From the NCBI GenBank assembly GCA_002084525.1, contig NBLH01000006.1, positions 1 to 41,022 of the forward strand: DNA of 41,022 nt, read 5' to 3'. Origin of the DNA: Bacteroidetes bacterium 4572_117 (GTDB lineage: Bacteria; Bacteroidota; Bacteroidia; Bacteroidales; NBLH01). The notes beneath the pieces are model-generated. The model was not told where the DNA came from. It was given only the letters and a program-made list of their open reading frames with translations, and searched no databases. Below, piece after piece: positions 26,236 to 37,258 of the stretch. Every line of letters begins with the position of its first letter. Positions within the stretch are counted from its first letter, which is position 1. A program made the position numbers and the translations under genes.

Positions 26236-26518
26236 TTAGATAAGGGAAATAGTCAATGTATGACAATGCAATTTACGATAAGTCAGGATGCCTATATTTT
26301 CAAATAGCCAAAATGTCAGAAAGTGCATCCTTTTAGTAATTGTTTGCAATGCTTGTAAATTGCTGAAACACAGCAAGATGTGTGATTTTGTGCATTTTTG
26401 GGTGAAAAAATGGCAAATTGTGTGGATAGAAAAATGACAAAAAAAGTTAATAACATATTTGGCATAAAATATGACAGAAAACAAACGTTGAAATTAATAT
26501 AACTTTAAATAAATAAAC

Positions 26519-26797
26519 ATGGCAGAAGTAAAAATTAAACCTCTTGGCACAAGGGTGCTTGTTGAGCCATCAATAAGCGAAGAAAAAACGGCGAGTGGAA
26601 TTATTATTCCGGACTCTGCAAGAGAGAAGCAGCAAAGCGGGATAGTCCTTGCGGTTGGCGCAGGAACAAAAGATAACCCAATGGAAGTGAAAGTTGGGGA
26701 TAAAGTTCTTTATGGGAAATTTTCAGGAACAGAGCTTCAGTACGAAGGTAATGATTACCTGATTATTGAACAAGCTGATATCTTGGCAATTGTTTGA
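26519..26797 (+). CDS. groES: Co-chaperonin GroES
   Basis: [11 protein letters not shown]...SGIIIPDSA...G.VLAVG.G....V.VGDKVLY.K..G.E is the canonical pattern. Length is 92 aa. Confidence 0.96.
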   Translation: MAEVKIKPLGTRVLVEPSISEEKTASGIIIPDSAREKQQSGIVLAVGAGTKDNPMEVKVGDKVLYGKFSGTELQYEGNDYLIIEQADILAIV

Positions 26798-26848
26798 AAT
26801 TAGAATCTGATAATTAGTAACTGGTAACTAGTAATTTGTTACTTGGAG
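26798..26848. repeat. Heptanucleotide tandem tract in the groES-groEL spacer
   Basis: Immediately after the groES stop come AAATTAG AATCTGA TAATTAG TAACTGG TAACTAG TAATTTG TTACTTG. Confidence 0.65.
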
Positions 26849-26893
26849 GTATAAAAAGTAAATAAAATATTAATTAATAATAATATAAAATAG

Positions 26894-28546
<1,653 letters not shown>

Positions 28547-28570
28547 TCAAAGCCCCCAAAAATATAATTT

Positions 28571-28602
28571 AAGCCTTCCCTTTTACTAGGGGAGGCTTTT
28601 TT
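28571..28602. terminator. Terminator hairpin shared by convergent groEL and the hydrolase gene
   Basis: AAGCCTTCCC-TTTTACTA-GGGGAGGCTT followed by TTTTTT. It sits between the groEL stop (28546) and the minus-strand stop at 28609. Confidence 0.8.
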
Positions 28603-28608
28603 ATTGGT

Positions 28609-29394
28609 TCACCTTGCAAAACCTCTAATCGCTTCCAAAGCATTTTCTTTTTCCTCAATAAAGCCCATGTGCCCTGAATTTTCAAGCACCACAACTTCCG
28701 AATTATCAGGCAATTGCAATTTGCTTAATATTTCCATAGGGATGAAATTGTCCTTTTCTCCAATAATATATTGGATTGGTACTTTTGTGCCATATAATAA
28801 CCCTGACCTGTCCGGTCTGGCCTTCATCGCTTCAAGTGCTGCAATAATTGCCTCGTCCGGCATACTTTGAGCAACTTTTTTACAAGTTTCAATTTCGTTT
28901 TTGTGTTTTTCAACATTCTGCTTGGCAAAAGTGTTCGGGAAATGTGCCGTATAAACCTGTGCTTTTTTCCCTTGCCGGATAATGTTGATTTCACGGTCGC
29001 GATTTTGCTTTTTCTCTTCTGTATCAGCATAAGGGCTTGAGTGAAATATAGATAAACCTGCTAACATTTCAGGGAATAAATCCAAAAAGCCCAAAGCGGC
29101 ATATCCTCCCATTGAATGGCCAACAAAAGTGCATTTGTTAATTTTTTCTTTGTCAAGGATACTTTTTACAGATTCGGCTATTTGTTCAACTGTCAAATCT
29201 CCATCAATTAAAGTGCTTTCACCATGTCCGGGTAAATCAGGAATTATTACCTTAAAGCTTTCGGACAATTTTTCTGCAAAACTGCCCCAAATTTCTTTCG
29301 ATTCAAGATACCCGTGTAGCAAAACTATTGTTTTGCCTTGCCCGGCAATAGTATAAACAATATCTGCCCCCTTATATTTAACTGTTTTAAGCAT
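28609..29394 (-). CDS. Alpha/beta-fold hydrolase
   Basis: The oxyanion region is HGYLES, the nucleophile elbow is GHSMGG, and late EKDNF and SGHMGF fit a Ser-Asp-His triad. Length is 261 aa. Confidence 0.8.
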   Translation of the reverse strand: MLKTVKYKGADIVYTIAGQGKTIVLLHGYLESKEIWGSFAEKLSESFKVIIPDLPGHGESTLIDGDLTVEQIAESVKSILDKEKINKCTFVGHSMGGYAALGFLDLFPEMLAGLSIFHSSPYADTEEKKQNRDREINIIRQGKKAQVYTAHFPNTFAKQNVEKHKNEIETCKKVAQSMPDEAIIAALEAMKARPDRSGLLYGTKVPIQYIIGEKDNFIPMEILSKLQLPDNSEVVVLENSGHMGFIEEKENALEAIRGFAR

Positions 29395-29448
29395 TGTTAA
29401 TTATTTATTGATGAGTCCAGTCTAAAAAGGGTGAAAAAATACAATCTA

Positions 29449-29515
29449 AAAATCAGGATTTACCCCTAACCCTAAAGGGCGTCCTGATTTTCAGTAACTT
29501 CGCCCTTTAGGGTTA
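29449..29515. repeat. Two interleaved perfect inverted repeats (10 bp and 15 bp)
   Basis: AAAATCAGGA (29449-58) pairs with TCCTGATTTT (29482-91). TAACCCTAAAGGGCG (29467-81) pairs with CGCCCTTTAGGGTTA (29501-15). Each left arm lies in the other pair's loop. An outer ATGAGTC (29411-17) / GACTCAT (29516-22) pair brackets the whole element. Confidence 0.8.
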
Positions 29516-29679
29516 GACTCATTAATAAAATAAACGAAAAATACGAGTCCATAATATTTCTTAGCCAAAACATGCATATATATAATGGAATAGATGTTGG
29601 TTTTGTTTTGTTGCTATTTAGAATGATTCTAAATAATGTTTTAATGTTTATTAACATTTGATTCTATTCTTTAAGAATG

Positions 29680-29687
29680 TACATTTG
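29680..29687 (+). promoter_or_regulatory. Candidate Bacteroidota -7 promoter box (TAnnTTTG) for sdhCAB
   Basis: TACATTTG lies 65 nt upstream of ATG 29752. Confidence 0.45.
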
Positions 29688-29751
29688 TGGATACTTAGAA
29701 TTGAATTTAAATATTAAAACCTTTTATTAATTTTTATCAAAATTTATAAAA

Positions 29752-30438
29752 ATGAGTGGATTTTTAAAGTCCTCAGTAGGACAAAAATTTTTAATGAGTG
29801 TAACAGGGCTGTTCCTAATAGTGTTCCTTGCGGTACATTTAACAGCAAACCTGTTTTTATTGTTTGGCGACAATGCGTTTAATACCGTTTCGCATTTTAT
29901 GGAAACAAACCCGTTAATACAGATTATGCAACCTGTTTTAGCATTGGGGTTTATCATCCATATGATTTACGCTGCTATTTTAACACTTCAGAACATGAAA
30001 GCAAGACCTCAGTCTTATAATAAATTTGAACAGGGGCATAGTAGTACATGGGCCTCTCGTAATATGTTCATCCTTGGGGCTTTAGTTTTAATTTTTCTGG
30101 TTATTCATATAATGAATTTTTTCTGGAAAATGAAAGTTTCTGGTTCTCCTTTGCTTGCAGAAGTGGACGTTGACGGTGTAATGATGCATAATTCTTATGC
30201 TTTAGTTGCAGGTTTGTTTACCAATGCTGATTTTGGGCTTGTTTATTCCATTTTTTATGTATTAGGTGCTATATTTTTAGGCCTTCATCTTCATCATGCT
30301 TTTTGGTCGGCATTGCAAACCTTTGGATGGAGCAATAATGTTTGGCGTAAGCGCCTAGAAGTTGTAGGAGATGTTTATGCTGTTATTATTGCTGCGGGAT
30401 TTTCAATTATCCCACTTTATTTTTTAATTTTCATGTAG
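29752..30438 (+). CDS. sdhC: Succinate dehydrogenase/fumarate reductase cytochrome b subunit (b558 family)
   Basis: 228 aa, 5 TM helices, with conserved His residues in the helices (AVHLTAN, HIMNFF, GLHLHHAF). It lies directly upstream of the flavoprotein and Fe-S subunits. Confidence 0.88.
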   Translation: MSGFLKSSVGQKFLMSVTGLFLIVFLAVHLTANLFLLFGDNAFNTVSHFMETNPLIQIMQPVLALGFIIHMIYAAILTLQNMKARPQSYNKFEQGHSSTWASRNMFILGALVLIFLVIHIMNFFWKMKVSGSPLLAEVDVDGVMMHNSYALVAGLFTNADFGLVYSIFYVLGAIFLGLHLHHAFWSALQTFGWSNNVWRKRLEVVGDVYAVIIAAGFSIIPLYFLIFM

Positions 30439-30486
30439 AATTTTAATTAATCTGTTAAATCGGATATAATTATATTAGATAAAATT

Positions 30487-32424
30487 ATGACAAAATTAAA
30501 TTCAAAAATTCCTGAAGGAGTACTTAAGGAAAAATGGACAAATTATAAAGCGCATCAGGATCTGGTAAACCCAGCCAACAAACGTAAAATAGAAATTATT
30601 GTTGTGGGTACAGGTCTTGCAGGGGCTTCGGCAGCTGCCAGTTTAGGTGAGCTTGGTTTTAAAGTAAAAAATTTTTGTTACCAAGATAGCCCAAGGCGTG
30701 CACATAGTATTGCGGCACAAGGTGGCATAAATGCGGCAAAAAACTACCCTAACGACGGAGATTCAATTTACCGGTTATTTTACGATACGGTAAAAGGCGG
30801 CGATTATCGTGCAAGGGAAGCCAATGTTTATAGGCTTGCAGAAGTAAGCAATGATATTATAGATCAAGGTGTTGCTCAAGGTATTCCTTTTGCGCGTGAT
30901 TATGGTGGGTTATTAGATAACAGGTCGTTTGGTGGTGCTTTGGTTTCACGTACTTTTTACGCACGTGGGCAAACAGGGCAACAGCTTTTATTGGGTGCTT
31001 ATGCAGGCTTGAATAAGGAAATAGCAAAAGGCACAGTAAAGATGTATCCGCGTACCGAAATGATGGATGTAGTTGTTATTGACGGCAAAGCCAGAGGTAT
31101 AGTAACACGAAACCTGATCACAGGAGAAATTGAAAGCCATTTTGGTCATGCCGTTGTATTAGCTACAGGTGGTTATGGTAATGTGTTTTTCTTATCAACC
31201 AATGCAATGGGCTCAAATGGTAGTGCGGCTTGGAAAGCATATAAAAAAGGTGCATTTATGGCAAATGCTTCATTTGTGCAAATTCATCCAACTTGTATTC
31301 CTGTACATGGTGAGTTCCAGTCAAAACTTACGCTAATGAGTGAAAGTTTGCGTAATGACGGTAGGATTTGGGTTCCTGCTAAAAAAGAGGATGCCGAAGC
31401 AATTAGAAATCACAAGAAAACACCGGAAGATATTGCAGAAGAAGATAGAGATTATTACTTGGAAAGAAAATATCCTGCTTTTGGTAACTTAGTTCCACGT
31501 GATGTGGCTTCAAGAGCTGCCAAAGAGGTTTGCGATGCCGGAAATGGTGTTGAAACCGGGCAGGCTGTGTATCTTGATTTTAAAGATGCTATAAAACGTT
31601 TAGGTAAAGATGTAATTGAAGCTCGTTATGGAAACTTATTCCAAATGTACGAGAAAATTGTTGACGCCAATCCTTATGAAACGCCAATGATGATTTATCC
31701 AGCTATTCATTATACAATGGGTGGTACTTGGGTAGATTATGAATTACAAACTACTGTACCTGGATTATTCTCGATAGGGGAGGCCAATTTTTCAGATCAC
31801 GGAGCAAACCGTTTAGGGGCATCTGCATTAATGCAGGGTTTGGCTGACGGTTATTTCGTTTTACCTTACACAATTCAAAATTATTTGGCAGATCAACATT
31901 CAGTTAAGGCTTTTGAAACTGATTTGCCTGAATTTAAGAAAACCGAAGAAGATACCAAAGCCATGATTTCTAAATTAATGGAAATTAAGGGTGAGCGTTC
32001 TGTTGATTCAATCCATAAAGAGCTTGGTCACATAATGTGGGATCATGTTGGTATGGAAAGAAATGAAGAAAGTTTGAAAGAAGGTATAAAAAAAATAAAG
32101 GCTCTACGTGCCGAGTTTTGGAAAAACCTTCGTATCCCTGGTGAAATTAATGCCATTAATGTTGAACTCGAAAAAGCAATAAGGTTAGCTGATTTTCTTG
32201 AAATGGGCGAATTAATGGCTAAAGATGCTTTAAACAGGGCTGAGTCTTGTGGTGGGCATTTCCGTTCAGAACATAAAACCCCTGAAGGCGAAGCTCTTCG
32301 TCATGATGATGAATTTATGTATGTTGCAGCCTGGGAATATAAAGGTGAAGGCGAAGAGGATGAACTACATAAGGAAGAATTGAAATACGAAGGAATTGAA
32401 GTTAAAACAAGGAATTATAAATAA
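30487..32424 (+). CDS. sdhA: Succinate dehydrogenase/fumarate reductase flavoprotein subunit
   Basis: The FAD fold is [12 protein letters not shown]. The covalent-FAD His context is [23 protein letters not shown] and CGGHFR motifs are also present. Length is 645 aa. Confidence 0.95.
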   Translation: MTKLNSKIPEGVLKEKWTNYKAHQDLVNPANKRKIEIIVVGTGLAGASAAASLGELGFKVKNFCYQDSPRRAHSIAAQGGINAAKNYPNDGDSIYRLFYDTVKGGDYRAREANVYRLAEVSNDIIDQGVAQGIPFARDYGGLLDNRSFGGALVSRTFYARGQTGQQLLLGAYAGLNKEIAKGTVKMYPRTEMMDVVVIDGKARGIVTRNLITGEIESHFGHAVVLATGGYGNVFFLSTNAMGSNGSAAWKAYKKGAFMANASFVQIHPTCIPVHGEFQSKLTLMSESLRNDGRIWVPAKKEDAEAIRNHKKTPEDIAEEDRDYYLERKYPAFGNLVPRDVASRAAKEVCDAGNGVETGQAVYLDFKDAIKRLGKDVIEARYGNLFQMYEKIVDANPYETPMMIYPAIHYTMGGTWVDYELQTTVPGLFSIGEANFSDHGANRLGASALMQGLADGYFVLPYTIQNYLADQHSVKAFETDLPEFKKTEEDTKAMISKLMEIKGERSVDSIHKELGHIMWDHVGMERNEESLKEGIKKIKALRAEFWKNLRIPGEINAINVELEKAIRLADFLEMGELMAKDALNRAESCGGHFRSEHKTPEGEALRHDDEFMYVAAWEYKGEGEEDELHKEELKYEGIEVKTRNYK

Positions 32425-32425
32425 G

Positions 32426-32481
32426 GTTTGGGAGTTGGAAGACGGGAGCTGGAAGACGGAAGTTTAAAAGTTCGTAAACCA
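32426..32481. repeat. Heptanucleotide tract with a 14-nt super-repeat in the sdhA-sdhB spacer
   Basis: Starting 1 nt after the sdhA stop: GGTTTGG GAGTTGG AAGACGG GAGCTGG AAGACGG AAGTTTA AAAGTTC GTAAACC. Confidence 0.7.
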
Positions 32482-32496
32482 TAATTTAAAAATATT

Positions 32497-33255
32497 ATGT
32501 CGAAAAATATAAATCTTACATTAAAAGTTTGGCGTCAAAAAGATGCTACAGCTAAAGGCGCATTTGAAGACTATAAGGTGGCTGATGTTTCAACTGATAG
32601 TTCTTTTTTGGAAATGATGGATGTGCTTAATGAGCAGTTGGTTAATGAAGGTAAAGAACCAGTTGCATTTGACCACGATTGCCGCGAGGGTATTTGCGGT
32701 ATGTGCAGCATGTATATTAATGGTAGGGCGCACGGCCCAGATACCTTAATCCCAACCTGCCAATTGCACATGCGCAAGTTTGGTGATGGCGAAACAATTA
32801 CCATTGAACCTTGGCGTGCAGGTGGGTTTCCTGTTATAAAAGATTTAATGGTTGACCGTTCTGCCTTTGATAAAATTTTACAAGCAGGTGGATTTATATC
32901 AATTAATACCGGTGGGGTTCCTGATGCAAATGCCATCCCTATTCCAAAAGTAGATGCAGATGAAGCAATGGATGCAGCATCTTGCATTGGTTGTGGTGCT
33001 TGTGTGGCAACATGCAAAAATTCATCAGCAATGTTATTTGTTTCTGCTAAAGTTTCGCAATTGGCATTATTGCCGCAAGGTAAAGTTGAAGCAAGCAGAA
33101 GGGCAATAAATATGGTTGCAACAATGGATAGGCTTGGTTTTGGGAATTGTACAAACACAGGCGCTTGCGAGGTAGAATGCCCAAAAGGTATTTCAATAGC
33201 TCATATTGCAAGATTAAATAGGGAATTTCTAGTAGCAAGTGTTAAAAACTTGTAA
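32497..33255 (+). CDS. sdhB: Succinate dehydrogenase/fumarate reductase iron-sulfur subunit
   Basis: Cys clusters are [11 protein letters not shown] (2Fe-2S), [11 protein letters not shown] (4Fe-4S) and [12 protein letters not shown] (3Fe-4S). Confidence 0.95.
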   Translation: MSKNINLTLKVWRQKDATAKGAFEDYKVADVSTDSSFLEMMDVLNEQLVNEGKEPVAFDHDCREGICGMCSMYINGRAHGPDTLIPTCQLHMRKFGDGETITIEPWRAGGFPVIKDLMVDRSAFDKILQAGGFISINTGGVPDANAIPIPKVDADEAMDAASCIGCGACVATCKNSSAMLFVSAKVSQLALLPQGKVEASRRAINMVATMDRLGFGNCTNTGACEVECPKGISIAHIARLNREFLVASVKNL

Positions 33256-33284
33256 TAGATAAAGATTTTTCATGGCTCTGATTT

Positions 33285-33324
33285 AAGCAGCCTTTCCGGT
33301 TTTGGAAGGGTTGCTTTTTTGTTT
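33285..33324 (+). terminator. Rho-independent terminator after sdhB
   Basis: AAGCAGCCTTTCC-GGTTTT-GGAAGGGTTGCTT (two G-U pairs) is followed by TTTTTTGTTTT. Confidence 0.75.
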
Positions 33325-33602
33325 TAAACTCCCTTTTGGTGATATTCTTCAGTTCAAGTGGGGTAAATCTTCAATTCAGTTGGTGTTAAAATAAATTTAG
33401 TTTTGTAATTAGCTGAATATTAATTATATATATGTTGGTTTGAATTGCAAATTATGATAGACAGGACACATTAAAATCAAAATATTCAATATACTAAATA
33501 ACTTTACCCTTTTTTCCAGTTCTTCTAATTTAGAATTTCTATATTGCATATGTAAATCCCATTTCAAACTATTTATTTATTCTAATCATTTATATAATTA
33601 AA

Positions 33603-35192
33603 ATGGCTGAAAATACTAAACTATCCAAAGAAAAAATCAATTCAAATTATTCGGGAAAAACTGATTATGACTTAATAATTATTGGTGCTGGAATTAGTGG
33701 CATGTCCACGGCTCTTATGTACTTAAAAAATACTGAGGGTAAAAAAATCCTGATAGTGGAAAAGAACAGTTATGTTGGTGGCTATAGTACTACTTTCCGA
33801 AGGGGGGGATATGTTTTTGAAACAACGCAGCTTTTTCCGGACATAATTGAAATGATAGACTACCTTGGGCTTGATATAAAATTAAAGCAATATGAAAAAG
33901 ATTTTATGAGACGCATCGTGGTTCATGGTGATGAAGTGGATGAATACAAAATCCCTACCGGTGCAGAAAATTTTACCCGCTATCTTAAAAGTAAATTTCC
34001 TGATGATGCCGATAAAATTGAAAAACTAATGAGCTATTCTATCTCTATGTTTTCGCAGGTTAGAAAACTAAAAGTTATCCCAACACTTAAAGACACCCTT
34101 GTAACTCCCTTTAAAGCCCCTAAGGTTATTGCAAACCTTAATCGTACTTATTCCGGATTATTAGATAAATTTGATATTACAAACCCTAAGCTTAGGGAAG
34201 TAATGGAAACTTTTACTTCGTTCTCTGGTGTGCCTTCTGACATGGCTTCTTCAATTTATGCTACCGGGGCAATGCTCTCTTCTATGACAAGGTGTTTCCG
34301 TCCATATGGTTATTTTGATGAATTTCCTGCAAATATGGCCAGGCTTTTTCAAAAAAGGGGTGGCGAGTTGCTTTTAAATGCTGAAGTTGAAAATATTGTA
34401 ATTGACGAGGGGGTAGCAGTTGGGGTTAAACTTAAAAAAGAAGGTCGTGTTATTAAAGCAGCTAAGGTGATTACAACTATTGATCCTATGGTGGCGATGA
34501 GGAAATTGGTCGGTGATGAAAACCTGCCTGCAAAATATGTAAAGCGTTTGGAAAATGTAGTTATGTCTGCCTCATCAATTAATATTGCCCTTGGCCTGGA
34601 TGATGATATTGACCTTGCCGGTATGGATCTTGACTATCCATATAATGTTGTATCAACCGGGCTGGGTACTTCCGAAAAACTTTTTGACGGATTTATTGCA
34701 GGGGATAATTCGTTTAGCGAGGATTGTTTTCATGCGGCGGTTATATGCCCTTCGCTTACTACCGGTGCAAAAAATACAATAACGATCAGGTGCACCCCTT
34801 TCGCAATAAACAAATGGCTTGAATGGCGGGAAAATGATCCTGAAAAATACAAAGCAGAAAAAGAACGATGGGCTGACTTTTTTATTAATATCGCAGAGAA
34901 ATATTTTATCCCTGGCTTAAGTAAACATATTGTGGTCAAAAATATTTCTACCCCTGCCACCTTTGCACGTTATTCAGGTTCTCCTACAGGAAGTATATAC
35001 GACATGGCATCAATTGTAACACAATTCGGGCCGAAGCGCCTCCCATTCAAAACCCCTGTTAAAAATCTTTATCAACCTAAATTTGCACATGGGTTATATG
35101 GTGGTATGATGAATGGGGTTCAGATGGTTGATATGTTATTAAACCGTAAATTTAACGATGGGAATTCCCTGTTTTCGCCCAAAAATAAATAG
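33603..35192 (+). CDS. FAD-dependent oxidoreductase, phytoene-desaturase (CrtI)-like family
   Basis: The N-terminal dinucleotide fold is DLIIIGAGISGMSTAL...VEKNSYVGG. The length of about 530 aa and overall layout are typical of COG1233-type amine-oxidase-fold enzymes. The substrate cannot be determined from sequence. Confidence 0.7.
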   Translation: MAENTKLSKEKINSNYSGKTDYDLIIIGAGISGMSTALMYLKNTEGKKILIVEKNSYVGGYSTTFRRGGYVFETTQLFPDIIEMIDYLGLDIKLKQYEKDFMRRIVVHGDEVDEYKIPTGAENFTRYLKSKFPDDADKIEKLMSYSISMFSQVRKLKVIPTLKDTLVTPFKAPKVIANLNRTYSGLLDKFDITNPKLREVMETFTSFSGVPSDMASSIYATGAMLSSMTRCFRPYGYFDEFPANMARLFQKRGGELLLNAEVENIVIDEGVAVGVKLKKEGRVIKAAKVITTIDPMVAMRKLVGDENLPAKYVKRLENVVMSASSINIALGLDDDIDLAGMDLDYPYNVVSTGLGTSEKLFDGFIAGDNSFSEDCFHAAVICPSLTTGAKNTITIRCTPFAINKWLEWRENDPEKYKAEKERWADFFINIAEKYFIPGLSKHIVVKNISTPATFARYSGSPTGSIYDMASIVTQFGPKRLPFKTPVKNLYQPKFAHGLYGGMMNGVQMVDMLLNRKFNDGNSLFSPKNK

Positions 35193-35296
35193 CTGATTAT
35201 TAGTACGTTTTAAGTTCGTAAAGTAGTATTAATAGCCATTGCTATATGAAAATATTTTAACGCAGTCAGATTGTTTAGTAGATTTGTTCCCATTGG

Positions 35297-35389
35297 GTTT
35301 TCAGAGTTTTCCATATACTTCTGCAATTTTATTGTATTATCACGATAGTACTTCTAAAATTTCCATCGCCTATGAAAAACTCTGAAAAC
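35297..35389. repeat. Long inverted repeat (19-nt arms, 55-nt spacer)
   Basis: GTTTTCAGAGTTTTCCATA (35297-315) faces TATGAAAAACTCTGAAAAC (35371-89), with 18 of 19 positions complementary. The spacer holds two related copies of TACTTCT(G/A)(C/A)AATTT. Confidence 0.7.
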
Positions 35390-35430
35390 GGCTTTAGCCC
35401 TCAACGAAGTTAATCTTGCTGTAAATTAAT

Positions 35431-35462
35431 TATTAGAGGTGGCCTTTATTAGAGGTGGCCTT
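35431..35462. repeat. Perfect 16-bp tandem duplication
   Basis: TATTAGAGGTGGCCTT occurs twice head-to-tail, followed by ATAGCC and T7. Confidence 0.85.
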
Positions 35463-35725
35463 ATAGCCTTTTTTTATTATTATGCCATTTAACATTAAGG
35501 CTTGTGCTAAAACACTTGAATTTAGTGTTTGTTTGTATTCTATCAGTTTGCTTTGTGTTAATTAACAGGTAATTACCAATATACTAATTACTTTCAAAAT
35601 ATAAGTAATGCAGATATTTAAAATATTCCAGACAATTTAAACCAGAGCGAAATCACTTAGCAGCTCAATAGGCTAATTTTTAGTTTTTACCGGACTCATA
35701 ATTCTAAATAATGCTAATTCCTTTT

Positions 35726-37258
35726 TTATTTTACCTTCTTTATTATCAACCTATCGTAAAGTAAGATCAACATTGCTGAAGCAAGCGCAATTATTGCAAA
35801 TATTAGCCACATTAAATCAGGACGTTGCATATCGCGGGCAAATGCTGCATATAGTTGCCCTGAAAGAATTCCACCAAATAGATTACCAAGTGCAACACAC
35901 CAGTAGAAATACCCCATATATAGGGCAACTTTTTCAGGGGGGGCAATTTTGCCCGTATATTCTTTCGACTTTGGCGAGGCCATCATTTCACCAAATGAGA
36001 AGACCACAATTCCGGCAACGGTAATCCAACCAACAGTCCCAAAAACTAGAATTGAAAGTGAAACCACAGTAATTATAGTCCCCCAAAAAATTGTTGTAAA
36101 TGGTTTTAGCCTGGTAACAAAATATGAGATCATAACCTGAAATAAAATAATTGCACCAGCATTAAGGTTAATTATATACTCTGGGTTTACTTGCCCGGGT
36201 GTAGCCATTGAATTTGAAAAAGAAGCGAACAGCTCGTTTGAAAGCCCAAAGAAATTAAAGATAGATTTAACAGCCATCATTAAGTCGGATGTATCAACAA
36301 AATCGCGAATATATAAAGGTAGTGTATAAAATATTTGGTTGAACGAGGTCCAAAAGCCGGACATTAAAAGCAGAAACAGCCCAAATTTCCAATCTCCAAG
36401 TTTCATTTTTGAAGTAAACCAAGAAGCACCATTAGCATTATTCATTTTATTTAAAACCATGTCGTAAATTACATTTACAACAATCCACCCAATAGAGATG
36501 TAAATTATTTGAGCCCAAGTAATTGTGTTATCAGAAGTGAATTTTGAGCCCATGACAAGGATTACTAACAAGCCAAAAACAAAAAGGAAAAAACGACCAT
36601 TACCGAGCACCTCAACCATATCTGTCATAACTTTTTTAAGAGAGCGAGGATTTGCAGATTTAGCCTCAGAAGTTGGCTCTTTATAAAATAAAGTTACGAA
36701 AATAAAATTGACAGCAATCCATCCTGCAGAAGCAATAAATACATAGTCCCAACTAATTGCACGTACAATACCTGCAACAATAGGCCCAAGGAAACCACCG
36801 ATATTTACCATCATATAAAAAATCCCAAAACCCATAGAAGAGCTTCGTTCATTCGTAACTTTAGTAATGGTTCCGATAATAACCGGCTTAAACATTGCAG
36901 CACCAATTGCAACCATCATAAATGCAAGAAAGAATGTTGGAAATGTTTTAAATACCCCAAGAAAGTAATATGCCGGAACAAGAATAACAAAAGCTGCAAA
37001 CAACATTTTCTTAAATCCATATCTATCAGCTAATGCACCAGAAACAACAGGGAATAGATATAAGAAGAAAGTTACAACGCCTTGCAAAACACCTCTGTCT
37101 TCATCAGAAAAGCCCAAGCCCCCTTCAGAAATTGCACCAGTTATGTAAAGAGATGATACTGCAAAGAAACCATACCATGCCATACGCTCGAAGATTTCCA
37201 TTGTGTTGGCAACCCAAAATGTTTGTGGAAAATCTTTTAATTTAATTTTTGCTTCCAT
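35726..37258 (-). CDS. POT/PTR2-family di/tripeptide:proton symporter (MFS)
   Basis: The ExxERFxYYG-type motif MEIFERMAWYGF is present, along with GALADRYGFKK. It has about 14 TM helices and is 510 aa long. Confidence 0.88.
   Translation of the reverse strand: MEAKIKLKDFPQTFWVANTMEIFERMAWYGFFAVSSLYITGAISEGGLGFSDEDRGVLQGVVTFFLYLFPVVSGALADRYGFKKMLFAAFVILVPAYYFLGVFKTFPTFFLAFMMVAIGAAMFKPVIIGTITKVTNERSSSMGFGIFYMMVNIGGFLGPIVAGIVRAISWDYVFIASAGWIAVNFIFVTLFYKEPTSEAKSANPRSLKKVMTDMVEVLGNGRFFLFVFGLLVILVMGSKFTSDNTITWAQIIYISIGWIVVNVIYDMVLNKMNNANGASWFTSKMKLGDWKFGLFLLLMSGFWTSFNQIFYTLPLYIRDFVDTSDLMMAVKSIFNFFGLSNELFASFSNSMATPGQVNPEYIINLNAGAIILFQVMISYFVTRLKPFTTIFWGTIITVVSLSILVFGTVGWITVAGIVVFSFGEMMASPKSKEYTGKIAPPEKVALYMGYFYWCVALGNLFGGILSGQLYAAFARDMQRPDLMWLIFAIIALASAMLILLYDRLIIKKVK

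Noticed and set aside
26459-26476. Sigma54-like TTGGCATAAAATATGACA upstream of groES
   Set aside because: The spacing is correct, but the invariant -12 GC is replaced by GA.
26236-26484. 82-aa minus-strand ORF upstream of groES
   Set aside because: Its Cys/His/Phe-rich sequence is produced by the repeated AAAATGNCA words and AT-rich promoter DNA. There is no RBS context or motif, and it overlaps the expected groES promoter.
29463-29476. CCCTAACCCTAAA, which resembles telomeric repeat units
   Set aside because: It has only two units and forms the arm of a 15-bp palindrome, so the resemblance is coincidental.
29472-29657. 61-aa minus-strand ORF
   Set aside because: It reads through the interleaved palindromes (…LTLKGEVTENQDAL), which is typical of spurious translation of a palindromic element.
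32571-33158. 195-aa minus-strand ORF
   Set aside because: It lies antisense to sdhB, whose three Cys clusters make the plus-strand frame unambiguous.
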